In this document: one piece after another, positions 39,792 through 49,478 of the stretch | How the letters are laid out: the number at the start of each line of letters is the position of its first letter | How positions within the stretch are numbered: position 1 is the first letter of the stretch | DNA from: Nanobdellota archaeon | GTDB taxonomy: Archaea > Nanobdellota > Nanobdellia > Woesearchaeales > GCA-2686295 | Direction: 5' to 3' | NCBI GenBank assembly: GCA_018817005.1 | Contig: JAHIUF010000018.1 | Coordinates: 4,964 to 68,963 of the forward strand | Length of the DNA: 64,000 nucleotides | Made by a program: the position numbers and the translations under genes | The notes under the pieces: model-generated | The model's database searches: none | Told to the model about the DNA's origin: nothing | Seen by the model: only the letters and a program-made list of their open reading frames with translations

Positions 39792-40565
39792 ATGGCGAAA
39801 AAAATACTTATAAAAAAAGATAGGAGTGTGGATGTCAACGGTAGAAAAGTTCTTGTTTCAAAATTTGAAAAGCATTATGTTGATGATTCAAAAGATTTCA
39901 GCACAAAATACGGCATTATAAAAGAGTCTGATATTAAAAAAATTGCTGGAAGTGTTATCAAGACTAAAAACGAAGAGTTTATTATCTTAAATCCTGATTT
40001 CATAGATCACTATAAACAAATAAAACGCTTAGCTCAAATTATTACTCTTAAAGATATCGGCGCAATTATTGCAAATACCGGTCTTACAAAAGACTCGATA
40101 GTTCTTGAAGCTGGTAGCGGCTCTGGCGCTCTTGGCTGTTTCCTTGCAATGCTTTCTAAAAAAGTTATCAGCTATGACATTAAATCTGAACATTTAGAGG
40201 TTGCAAAAAAAAATGTTGAAATGCTTGGTATAAAAAATATTGAGATTAAGAAAGGAGACATTTATGATTTTGAAAAAATCAAAGAGAAAAACATAGATGT
40301 TTTTGTTTTAGATGTTCCAACACCTCACGATGGCATTAAAACTGCCAAAAAAGTTTTGAAGATTGGTGGTTTTTTGGTTTCTTACAGTCCAAACATAAAT
40401 CAAGTTCAAGAATTTGTCAAAAATTTAACCGAAGAATTTTTGTATGAAAAAACCATTGAAGTAATCGAACGTGAGTGGACGGTTAAAGAAAAAATTCTAA
40501 GACCTAAAATGAAAGATTTTGGTCACACAGCATTTTTGACTTTTGTTAGAAAAATTCAAAACTAA
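39792..40565 (+). CDS. trmI: tRNA (adenine57/58-N1)-methyltransferase TrmI
   Basis: SAM motif LEAGSGSGALG, C-terminal GHTAFLTFVRK typical of TrmI/Gcd14. Confidence 0.75.
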   Translation: MAKKILIKKDRSVDVNGRKVLVSKFEKHYVDDSKDFSTKYGIIKESDIKKIAGSVIKTKNEEFIILNPDFIDHYKQIKRLAQIITLKDIGAIIANTGLTKDSIVLEAGSGSGALGCFLAMLSKKVISYDIKSEHLEVAKKNVEMLGIKNIEIKKGDIYDFEKIKEKNIDVFVLDVPTPHDGIKTAKKVLKIGGFLVSYSPNINQVQEFVKNLTEEFLYEKTIEVIEREWTVKEKILRPKMKDFGHTAFLTFVRKIQN

Positions 40566-40577
40566 AAAAAATTCATT

Positions 40578-41276
40578 TCAAGGTTGTTGTTTCTTCTTAT
40601 TAACAAAAAGATAGATTGAAGTAATTATCAAAATTATTGTTATTTTGACTAGAATAAAAAACAACGACTTAGACACCAAGTCTATAAAAAACTGCTTTGA
40701 AAAAATAGTAATTATAAGGGCACCTGCAGGAAATAAATAGTTTCCCTGTGGAAAAAAAAGGTTGTGAAATTGAGTAAATGCTGAGTTGAAGTTCAAAGAT
40801 AAAACGAATAAAATTAACAACAAAATAAGACAGGTTATTGATGAGTAAAACATGTTTCTCATGAATTTTTGAAAAAATTGTTCATGATCAATATAACTAT
40901 AGATAATTATTGAAAAAATAAGCATAATTATGCTTATTGTATAAATAGCATTAAATAATCCATACAATCTTTTTACATCATACAAGTGGCTCTTTTCATC
41001 TCCTTCGAAAAATCTTAGTTCTGCTTTGTTCTGCAGAAAAAAAATCCAGTTCTTTGTTATCTCCAATGTATAATCTTTTCCTAAGGATTCGTAAACACCG
41101 TTTTTTTCGTGTTGTAAAATATAAAACTCGTAATCATTTACGATGCTCCTAAAAGATCCTATTAAAATTATTATTACAATAGATAACATCATTAAAAAAG
41201 AAAGAACTAATTTTAGATTTTTTACGCCAGCCATCTTGATTATTTCAATTTGTTCGAAAATTCTCCGAATTTTCAT
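40578..41276 (-). CDS. hypothetical polytopic membrane protein
   Basis: 232 aa, about 6 TM segments. Confidence 0.4.
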   Translation of the reverse strand: MKIRRIFEQIEIIKMAGVKNLKLVLSFLMMLSIVIIILIGSFRSIVNDYEFYILQHEKNGVYESLGKDYTLEITKNWIFFLQNKAELRFFEGDEKSHLYDVKRLYGLFNAIYTISIIMLIFSIIIYSYIDHEQFFQKFMRNMFYSSITCLILLLILFVLSLNFNSAFTQFHNLFFPQGNYLFPAGALIITIFSKQFFIDLVSKSLFFILVKITIILIITSIYLFVNKKKQQP

Positions 41277-41320
41277 TGTTAAAATTTATTAAAGGTTTAT
41301 TTCATAAGTGAAATAAGTTT

Positions 41321-42379
41321 TTGTTAAAAAAGGTGTTGGTTTTGAAAAAAGAAAAACAATCAACTATAAAGTTACTGCTAAAGCTACTGCTATTGTTAAC
41401 AATTTTAGTGGAAATAATGGTGTTTGTATCACAAGCAACTGCTCAAATCTTAATAACAGAGGTTTTGTACAACCCGATAAATACTGAATCCGGAGGTGAA
41501 GTAATTGAACTTTATAATCCCACAAATAAAACAATAAACATCTCTAATTGGAAAATTTCATCTGAATCATCTGATAAAGACGCAGTCATGGCTCCCAACA
41601 CATCCATAGCGCCAGAAGAGTACTTTTTGATAGCAGACACTGGTTTTAGCCTAAAAAAGGATAACTCTTCCTGGCCGGATGCAAATTATGAAGAAACAAT
41701 AACCCTCTCAAACACGAACGCCGGTATTGCACTAATAGATATTAATAATAAAACTATAGACGCTGTTGGCTGGGGTGAAACGTCAGAAATAAATACGGGA
41801 CTTTATGAAGGCACACCTGTAGAACATGTTCTTGAAGGATTAAGTCTACAAAGAAAATTCAACACGACTTTTCAAGATACAAACAATAACATCAATGATT
41901 TCATATCAAAAAAACCTTCATTAAAACAAGCAACTATTCTAGAAAAAACTATCATCATAAATACAACAATAAACAATACAACAACAAACAATGAAACAAT
42001 AAAAAATGAATCTCAAAAAACAAATTTTTCAAACACATTAATAATTAAGAAAACCCTATTCATAAACATCAACAACAAAAACACAACGATTACGAGTTTT
42101 GAAATAAAAAACAATTCAACACGAAACATAACACTTAAAATAAAAAGCACAAATTTCACAACAGAAAACAAGAGCTTTGATTTAAATTGGATAAATTACT
42201 CAATAAATAATTTTGAAACAGAACAAAAACTAACGAGAACATTTCAAGAAACAAAGATAATAAAATCCAACGAAAAGATTAACTTATCACTAAAAATCAA
42301 GTGGTGCAACCAAACAAACAGAGAATACAAAGGAAGAATAATCTTTGAATCTACATCCAGCAGTATCAACAGCATATAA
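41321..42379 (+). CDS. Secreted lamin-tail-domain (LTD) protein with Asn/Thr-rich sequon-dense C-terminal region
   Basis: Signal/TM at N-terminus; ILITEVLYNPINTESGGEVIELYNPTNKTINISNWKI matches the LTD signature; numerous N-x-S/T sequons. Confidence 0.55.
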   Translation: MLKKVLVLKKEKQSTIKLLLKLLLLLTILVEIMVFVSQATAQILITEVLYNPINTESGGEVIELYNPTNKTINISNWKISSESSDKDAVMAPNTSIAPEEYFLIADTGFSLKKDNSSWPDANYEETITLSNTNAGIALIDINNKTIDAVGWGETSEINTGLYEGTPVEHVLEGLSLQRKFNTTFQDTNNNINDFISKKPSLKQATILEKTIIINTTINNTTTNNETIKNESQKTNFSNTLIIKKTLFININNKNTTITSFEIKNNSTRNITLKIKSTNFTTENKSFDLNWINYSINNFETEQKLTRTFQETKIIKSNEKINLSLKIKWCNQTNREYKGRIIFESTSSSINSI

Positions 42380-42401
42380 CTTATACAAAAAAAAACTATA
42401 A

Positions 42402-44165
42402 CTAACTGTAATATAGATTTCCTTTCGACTTCTGCTCCCTGTCAAGCTGAGAATTAACCTTATTTGCCCTTGGACGATTATTCTCATCATCCCTTCTAAA
42501 AGTAAGCTCTAAATCTTTAAGAAATTTATTCATACCTTCACTCATATCAAAAGGTCCTTTTACAACACCATTCACAGCCGGTTCACCATCAAAAACAATT
42601 AATCTATCGGAAAGATAATCAATGAACAATAAATCATGATCAACAATCAAAGCAGATTTGCCCATTTGCTCCATAACATCTTTTATGACTTTCGAAACAA
42701 TAAGTCTTTGCTCAACGTCAAGATACGCAGAGGGTTCATCCATAAGAATTATGTCTGAATCCTCAGAAAGACATTTCGCAATCATCACTCTTTGAAGCTC
42801 CCCACCACTAAGTTCTGAAAGCTTTTTCGTTAAGAAACCTTTTAGATTCAAAGGATTAACTATCGTTGCTTGATACTTATCTAAGGCACACTTTAATACA
42901 ACCATAACCAACTCATCATTTGGCTCTAAGTATTGAGGTTTATACGCAACTTTCAACTTTTCAATCTTATCCTTTGTATCAACAACCCCTGCAAGAATTC
43001 TTACAAAACTAGTCTTTCCAATTCCATTCTCTCCAAGAATTCCAACAGTATCACTTCTATATAATTTTCCTGAGTTAACCTTTAAATTAAAAGAACCAAA
43101 ATCTTGTTCCAATTCATCCCAAGAAACCATTTCAAACTCAACTTTTTTTGAAATAGGTGGTTTTTTCAAAAACTTTATTTCATGATCCCTAAAACGAATG
43201 TTTTCCTCTTTCAAGTATCCTGATAAATAAACATTAATTCCTGCTTTTGTAGTTTTTATCATTGAAACAATTCCAAAAGCACCTTCTTTCCCATACATTA
43301 AATGAACAAAGTCAGTCATGTAATCAAGTATAATCAAATCGTGTTCTATAACCATAACTGCTGTTTCTTCATCAGCAAGTCCTCTGATAAATTTTGAAAC
43401 CTTTAGTCGCTGCTTCATATCAAGATAAGATGACGGTTCATCAAAAAAATATATGTTCGCTTTTTTTAGAACTGTTGCTGCAATTGCAACTCTTTGAAGT
43501 TCTCCACCAGAAATCTTCTTAATATCATGATCTAAGATTTTTTCAATTTCAAGTTCTTTCGTAATTTCTAAAATTCGATTTTTCTCATCAGTTTTTGACA
43601 ACAAATCCCTTACAGTGCCAGAAAACTCTTTTGGTATCATATCCACTTGTTGAGGCTTATAAGCAACTCTAACAACACCTTTTTTTCGTTTTTCAAAAAA
43701 CATTTGAGCTTCTGTTCCCTTAAAATAATCAATAAGTTCTTCATGCGTCGCAACATGAGCATTAGCTTCAACCCTTCCAAGATTAGGGTCAAGCACACCT
43801 GCAAGAATCTTTATAGCTGTTGATTTTCCAATACCATTACAACCAACAATGCCAACAACTTTTCCGAAAATAGGTGTTGGCAGGTTAAAAAGAGCAAATC
43901 CATTCTTTCCATAACGATGAATAGGCTCTTTATCAAGCTCTGCAGGCAAATTAATCATCTCAAGAGCATTAAAAGGACATTTATTTGCAGCAATTCGGTC
44001 ACCATCAGTAATAACTTCTTCATTTACCTCAACCTTGCCATCGTCAGATTTATGAATCGCATCCTTACCCATTCTATTCGAGGGACTAACCCGAATACAC
44101 AAGTAACCACCACAACCTATAGGATTACATTTCTCTTTTTTTACAATCATGATTCTTTTATTCAT
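42402..44165 (-). CDS. abcE1: ABCE1 (RNase L inhibitor-like ribosome recycling ATPase)
   Basis: N-terminal Fe-S Cys clusters (CNPIGCGGYLC...C; NKCPFNA), two ABC NBDs (GCNGIGKST, GENGIGKTS; LSGGELQRV twice), 587 aa. Confidence 0.85.
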   Translation of the reverse strand: MNKRIMIVKKEKCNPIGCGGYLCIRVSPSNRMGKDAIHKSDDGKVEVNEEVITDGDRIAANKCPFNALEMINLPAELDKEPIHRYGKNGFALFNLPTPIFGKVVGIVGCNGIGKSTAIKILAGVLDPNLGRVEANAHVATHEELIDYFKGTEAQMFFEKRKKGVVRVAYKPQQVDMIPKEFSGTVRDLLSKTDEKNRILEITKELEIEKILDHDIKKISGGELQRVAIAATVLKKANIYFFDEPSSYLDMKQRLKVSKFIRGLADEETAVMVIEHDLIILDYMTDFVHLMYGKEGAFGIVSMIKTTKAGINVYLSGYLKEENIRFRDHEIKFLKKPPISKKVEFEMVSWDELEQDFGSFNLKVNSGKLYRSDTVGILGENGIGKTSFVRILAGVVDTKDKIEKLKVAYKPQYLEPNDELVMVVLKCALDKYQATIVNPLNLKGFLTKKLSELSGGELQRVMIAKCLSEDSDIILMDEPSAYLDVEQRLIVSKVIKDVMEQMGKSALIVDHDLLFIDYLSDRLIVFDGEPAVNGVVKGPFDMSEGMNKFLKDLELTFRRDDENNRPRANKVNSQLDREQKSKGNLYYS

Positions 44166-44286
44166 AGACAGAAGTGAGAATAGATATTATTTAAATGTAA
44201 TGGATTAAAAAAAGTTTTTTGCAAAAAATAATTTTTAACTAAAAGAATCCACTAACTTTAAATATCTTTAACTCTTTTTTCCTGTT

Positions 44287-46587
44287 ATGAAGGGGTTTAT
44301 CGTTTATCCAACTTATAGAATTGTTGATGAGAAGGCTTATGTTCATTTATTCGGAAGGCTTGAGAATGGAGAATCTTTTTTGACCATTAATCATTTTAGG
44401 CCATATTTTTTCATAAGAAAAAAAGACTTGAAAAAAGCCTTAAAAATTGAAACTTTCGAGTACGAAACAACAACTCTTAAAACATTTTCAGAAGACCCGG
44501 TTGTAAAAGTGATTTTGGATATTCCAAGAAAAGTTCCTGAGTTTAGAAAAATTTTTTATGAACAGGATGTTGAAAGTTTTGAAGCAGATATTCGTTTTTC
44601 CTATCGATTCATGATGGATAAGAATCTTAAAGGAAGTATTGAAATAAAAGGTGATTATAAAAAAGGAGAATTTGTTTCAAGGATTTATGAAGAACCTGAG
44701 ATTCTGCCGAGCAATTGGATTCCAAAGCTTAAGGTTTTATCTATTGATATTGAAACTGATAGTCATGCGAGAGAATTATTTTGTATATCAATGCATACAG
44801 ATGATTTTTCAAAAGTAATAATTCGTTCTGAAAAGGATATAAAGAATGCTATAAGCGTAAAGTCTGAAAAAGAATTGCTCGAAGTATTCAAAGAAAAACT
44901 ATTATTGCTTGACCCGGATATTATAACTGGTTGGAATGTCATTGATTTTGACCTTATTAAACTTCAGGAAAAATTCTTGCAGTATGGAATGGATTTCAAA
45001 CTTGGAAGGATTAATTGGAATTGTAAAATTCGAAAACAAGAATCTTTTTTCAAGGATTCAACCGCTGATTTTCCGGGAAGAGTAATTCTTGATGGTATAA
45101 CACTCTTAAAAATTTCATTTGTGAAATTGCCCGACTTCAAACTTGACACTGCAGCAACAATTATCTTGGGTGAAAAAAAGCTTATAGGTGTTGAAAATAA
45201 AGGAAAAGAAATTGAAGACGCATTCAAGAAAAATCCACAAAAACTAGTTGAATATAATTTAAATGATTCTGTTCTTGTTACAAAAATCTTGGAAAAAACA
45301 GGTGTTTTAAATTTAACAATAAAAAGATCGCTTCTTACAGGCATACAACTTGATAAGGTAAAAGGCAGTATTTCAGCTTTTGACTCATTATATCTTCGTG
45401 ATCTTCAAAAAAAAGGATACGTTGCGCCTTCAGCAAAATTTGGTGAACGTGAAGAACGAATAAAAGGCGGATATGTTATGAGCTCAAAACCGGGAATATA
45501 TGATTATGTCATTGTTTGCGACTTCAAAAGTCTATATCCAAGCATCATAAAAACGTTTAACATTGATCCATTCACATATGTTGAAGATTGCAAAGGAAAA
45601 AACCTGATTAAAGCCCCAAATGGTGCTTGCTTTAGAAAAGAAAAAGGCCTTCTTTTTGAAATGATTGAAAGACTTTGGAAAGCAAGAGATGAATTAAAAA
45701 AGAAGGATGATCAAACAGGAAGTTATGCTATAAAAGTTTTGATGAATTCAATGTTTGGGGTTATGGCAAACCCTGTTTTTAGATTTTACAACAATAAAAT
45801 CGCGAATGCAATAACTCATTTTGGTCAGCATTTCATAAAATTCGCTACGAAAAAAGTAGAAGAATTAGGTTATGAAGTGATATACGGCGATACAGATTCA
45901 ATATTTGTTAATCTTGATGTTAAAAATTATGAAGAAGCAAAAAAAGTAGGAATTGACATTCAAAATAAAATAAACAATTTTTTTAATAATCATATAATAA
46001 AAGAATATGGTTGTGAAAATTTTTTAGAATTAGAATTTGAAAAGGTTTACAAGCGTTTTCTCATGCCGAAAGCCAGAGGCTCTGAGCAAGGTTCAAAAAA
46101 AAGATATGCAGGTCTTCTTATAAAAGATAATAAAGAGCAAATGGATTTTGTAGGTTTAGAATTTGTAAGACGAGATTGGACAAAGCTTGCAAAAACATTC
46201 CAACTTGAGCTTTTGAAAAAAATATTTCGTAAAGAAGAGGTTGCAAAGTACATACAAACATTTGTAAAAGACTTAAAAAAAGGAAAACATGATGATTTAC
46301 TCATTTATAGGAAAGCCATTAGAAAAAATCTTGATGAATATACAAAAACAACTCCTCCTCATGTCAAGGCTGCAAGAATGCTTCCAAAACTCACAAGCAG
46401 CATCATTGATTATATTATGACTATTAACGGGCCTGAACCCATTCAACTATTAAAAAGCAATATTGATTATGAACATTACATTGAAAAACAGATAAAGCCG
46501 TTGGCAGATACTGTTCTTTCGTTTTATGACACTAACTTTGATGACATAATTAACAATAGTTCTCAAAAAACCTTGTTTGGATATTAG
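44287..46587 (+). CDS. polB: DNA polymerase, family B
   Basis: Exo I LSIDIETD, Pol motif A DFKSLYPSII, motif C YGDTDS; 766 aa, no intein. Confidence 0.9.
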   Translation: MKGFIVYPTYRIVDEKAYVHLFGRLENGESFLTINHFRPYFFIRKKDLKKALKIETFEYETTTLKTFSEDPVVKVILDIPRKVPEFRKIFYEQDVESFEADIRFSYRFMMDKNLKGSIEIKGDYKKGEFVSRIYEEPEILPSNWIPKLKVLSIDIETDSHARELFCISMHTDDFSKVIIRSEKDIKNAISVKSEKELLEVFKEKLLLLDPDIITGWNVIDFDLIKLQEKFLQYGMDFKLGRINWNCKIRKQESFFKDSTADFPGRVILDGITLLKISFVKLPDFKLDTAATIILGEKKLIGVENKGKEIEDAFKKNPQKLVEYNLNDSVLVTKILEKTGVLNLTIKRSLLTGIQLDKVKGSISAFDSLYLRDLQKKGYVAPSAKFGEREERIKGGYVMSSKPGIYDYVIVCDFKSLYPSIIKTFNIDPFTYVEDCKGKNLIKAPNGACFRKEKGLLFEMIERLWKARDELKKKDDQTGSYAIKVLMNSMFGVMANPVFRFYNNKIANAITHFGQHFIKFATKKVEELGYEVIYGDTDSIFVNLDVKNYEEAKKVGIDIQNKINNFFNNHIIKEYGCENFLELEFEKVYKRFLMPKARGSEQGSKKRYAGLLIKDNKEQMDFVGLEFVRRDWTKLAKTFQLELLKKIFRKEEVAKYIQTFVKDLKKGKHDDLLIYRKAIRKNLDEYTKTTPPHVKAARMLPKLTSSIIDYIMTINGPEPIQLLKSNIDYEHYIEKQIKPLADTVLSFYDTNFDDIINNSSQKTLFGY

Positions 46588-46630
46588 ATTCTACAAATTA
46601 TTTAAATATGAACAAGTATTTTATAATTAT

Positions 46631-49012
46631 ATGAAGAAAAAAATTAACAAAAAAAAGTTAATTATTTTAGGAATCATCATACTGTTTATATTGCTAATTG
46701 TTTTTGGAACTAAGCTCTTTTTGTACTTGAATTTTCTTTTAGGAAATGATGCGTTAATTAAACTCACAACCGACAAGGAATACTTGTCTGTTAAGAGGAA
46801 TCAATCTTTCGAGTTAAATTTCAAAGCAAGCATTATGTCTAATCCCTTCTGCAAGGTGGATTGCAATTCCACATTTGAAGATTTAAGTGATAATCGAATG
46901 CTGGACGAAAATAGTTTTACATTAAAAACTAATAACCCATTTGAAAAACAATACGAATTACAAATAACAAAATTTGGAGAAGGACAAAAACTGCTGCGAT
47001 TTAATCTTGAATGTAGCAGTGGAAAAACAACTCTTTGCCACACGGATGAAAAAAAAATCAAAAGCAGTATTTTAGTGAATGTTGAATATTTATTAAGTGA
47101 AGAAGAAGAACTTCTGAAAGAAACACTATATGAAAAACTTGAACTGATAAAGGAATCTCTTTCAGAACAACAAATAAAAATCCTAACTTTGAATGAACTC
47201 AATCAGACAGAAAAAAAAATATTGGGTTTGAACTCTGAAAGAATAAGTCTGTTAACAAATAAATTGTCTGCAGATATCAAATTATTGATTAAAAGGAAAA
47301 TTCTTTGGGATGGAAAAAATTATTATCTGTTGAAAACAAAAATCGGTGAGATGTCTGTTGATAATAATTCTGACTTGATTAATGAAACCTATAAGCTTCT
47401 AAAGAAAAGAGTTCAAGAATATAACGAATTTCTAAACGAACTAAATACAACTCGTATAGATCTTGGCAAACTAAAAAACAGATTCATAATAGAAGAAACT
47501 CAAGCAGAACAAGTTGTTTTATTAATTGATTTTTTTAATAGTCAAATTTCTTTGTTTAACGAAAAAGATTTTGAAGAAAAAGCGAATATTGTTATGAATT
47601 TAAAAAACAGCACTAAAAAAATAGTTGCTAACATAACACGAGAAGAAAGAACTGAAGCAATTATAAAATCAATTGATATGGATATTCATTATTCGCTACT
47701 TTGTAATCTAACTGGCAAATGTTATGACAGACCATCAATTCAAAGTCGGGCGTATCAGGATGATTTTAATCTAGAATCTGTGTGTCTGGAAATAATCAGT
47801 ATAAATAAATTATATGATGACATTGGAAAAACAATAAATCCTGCGATTAACAAAACAGGATTTAATGAAACAATAAATAAAAAAATATTTGAGTCATTGA
47901 TATCAAAAAGCGCAAGATCATTCTTGGATGAACTTCCCGCAAACAATTTAAACAGCGAAATCATAAAAAAGTTTTTAGAACAAAAAAACACTGTTACAGA
48001 ATTGTTGGAACCAGAAAACAAAAATTGGACTACCAATGAACTCATAAAAAACAACCCTTCTGTCTGTGAAGAAAAAAAAATAGACGCAATATTAAGAATA
48101 GTACAACTAAAAAAAATAGTGATTGAAGACAAAGCAAAAGATTTGAATTTATCTTTCAAAGAGCCAAAAGCACAATGTTGTATTTTTGAGATTTGTAACG
48201 ATTGTTGTGCAACAAAAGAATGCACTGTCAAATCAACACCAATAATTTTCTTGCACGGTCATGCTTTCAATAAAGCTGTTGAAGCTGATTATAGCCTAGA
48301 ATCATTCAACCAATTACAAAATGCCTTAGAAGCACAGTCATATATTAATGCAGGCTCATTATCATTATACAATATAAACACCATTCCTGAAGGCTTATGG
48401 GGTGTTATGGGAAAACCAATAAGCATCAAAGCGAGCTATTATTTCGATGTTTATCAGAATGCAGAAGATTATTACTGGGTTCAAACAAAAAGTGAAAACA
48501 TAGATACTTACACAATAAAATTAAATGACATAATTAACATTGTAATTGAAAAAACAGGTTCTGAAAAAGCAGTTGTGATTGCCCATAGTATGGGTGGTCT
48601 TGTCGCAAGAAGATACTTGCAAATATTTGGAAGTGAAAAAGTAGAAAAACTAATACTGTTAGGGACACCAAATCATGGTATTAGCGGGTATGTTGCTGAT
48701 TATTGCTCAATTACTGGTGAAAAACTTGAATGCAGGGATATGAAAGAAGAAAGCCTTTTCATGAATAAACTTAATAGGGAACCATTGCCTCCAATTAAAA
48801 TATACAATATTATTGGTTTTGGTTGCGATATGCAAGGTGAAGATGGTGATGGTATAGTCCTAAAAAAAAGTGCTTTTCTTCAAGGTGCAGAAAATCATTT
48901 AATAAAAGGAGAATGCAAAGGTTTGGATTTATTTCATAAAGAATTAACTAATGTTCAAAAGCACCCTGATATTTACACAATAATACTCAACACATTGTAT
49001 GAAGAAACATAG
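46631..49012 (+). CDS. Membrane-anchored protein with C-terminal alpha/beta-hydrolase (lipase/PGAP1-like) domain
   Basis: N-terminal TM, long coiled/Asn-rich middle, Cys cluster CCIFEICNDCCATKEC, GxSxG VVIAHSMGGLVARRYL; start set at first ATG (MKKKINKKK); the ORF track uses a TTG at 46577 overlapping polB. Confidence 0.5.
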   Translation: MKKKINKKKLIILGIIILFILLIVFGTKLFLYLNFLLGNDALIKLTTDKEYLSVKRNQSFELNFKASIMSNPFCKVDCNSTFEDLSDNRMLDENSFTLKTNNPFEKQYELQITKFGEGQKLLRFNLECSSGKTTLCHTDEKKIKSSILVNVEYLLSEEEELLKETLYEKLELIKESLSEQQIKILTLNELNQTEKKILGLNSERISLLTNKLSADIKLLIKRKILWDGKNYYLLKTKIGEMSVDNNSDLINETYKLLKKRVQEYNEFLNELNTTRIDLGKLKNRFIIEETQAEQVVLLIDFFNSQISLFNEKDFEEKANIVMNLKNSTKKIVANITREERTEAIIKSIDMDIHYSLLCNLTGKCYDRPSIQSRAYQDDFNLESVCLEIISINKLYDDIGKTINPAINKTGFNETINKKIFESLISKSARSFLDELPANNLNSEIIKKFLEQKNTVTELLEPENKNWTTNELIKNNPSVCEEKKIDAILRIVQLKKIVIEDKAKDLNLSFKEPKAQCCIFEICNDCCATKECTVKSTPIIFLHGHAFNKAVEADYSLESFNQLQNALEAQSYINAGSLSLYNINTIPEGLWGVMGKPISIKASYYFDVYQNAEDYYWVQTKSENIDTYTIKLNDIINIVIEKTGSEKAVVIAHSMGGLVARRYLQIFGSEKVEKLILLGTPNHGISGYVADYCSITGEKLECRDMKEESLFMNKLNREPLPPIKIYNIIGFGCDMQGEDGDGIVLKKSAFLQGAENHLIKGECKGLDLFHKELTNVQKHPDIYTIILNTLYEET

Positions 49013-49044
49013 AAACAATTAATTGTGATGAATCGTTTATATTT

Positions 49045-49317
49045 TCAGGTTAACTGTACATACCCTACTTCTGGTTCGATTATAAGACTATCATGTTTTA
49101 GCGCGTCAATCGTGGATAAAACTTCACTTTCTGCAAGACCTTCAAGCCCTGCTTCAAGAATTACTGCTTCAACTTGAATCTTTGCACCTTTTCTCATTGA
49201 AAGATTGTTAAGAATATCTAAAATTTTTATTTTATTATCTACTTCTGATTCTCGAAGTATGCTGGATGCAGTCATCCTCTGTATTTCCATTAATCTATCA
49301 AAATCTATGTCATCCAT
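49045..49317 (-). CDS. Small winged-helix-like protein resembling the MCM C-terminal WH domain
   Basis: 90 aa; C-terminal ...LIIEPEVGYVQLT resembles the MCM WH ending (..YEPRPGYYRL); encoded divergently from the MCM AAA+ core. Confidence 0.3.
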   Translation of the reverse strand: MDDIDFDRLMEIQRMTASSILRESEVDNKIKILDILNNLSMRKGAKIQVEAVILEAGLEGLAESEVLSTIDALKHDSLIIEPEVGYVQLT

Positions 49318-49478
49318 TTCTGTGTTAGAAAAGCAAGTACTTTTCTATATCCCCCGCTATTAGTATAGGATTGTGTGTATAAAAAGCTTTCGCAAACAGT
49401 ATGGAAAAAAGTATATTAATCCTTGAATCTCGAAACATTTATATTGTAGTGTGTTTTAATGATTAAGAGGGGATAAAG

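Noticed and set aside
41940-42130. Low-complexity AAC/AAT-rich DNA resembling a microsatellite
   Set aside because: It is in-frame coding sequence for the Asn/Thr-rich tail of the LTD protein.
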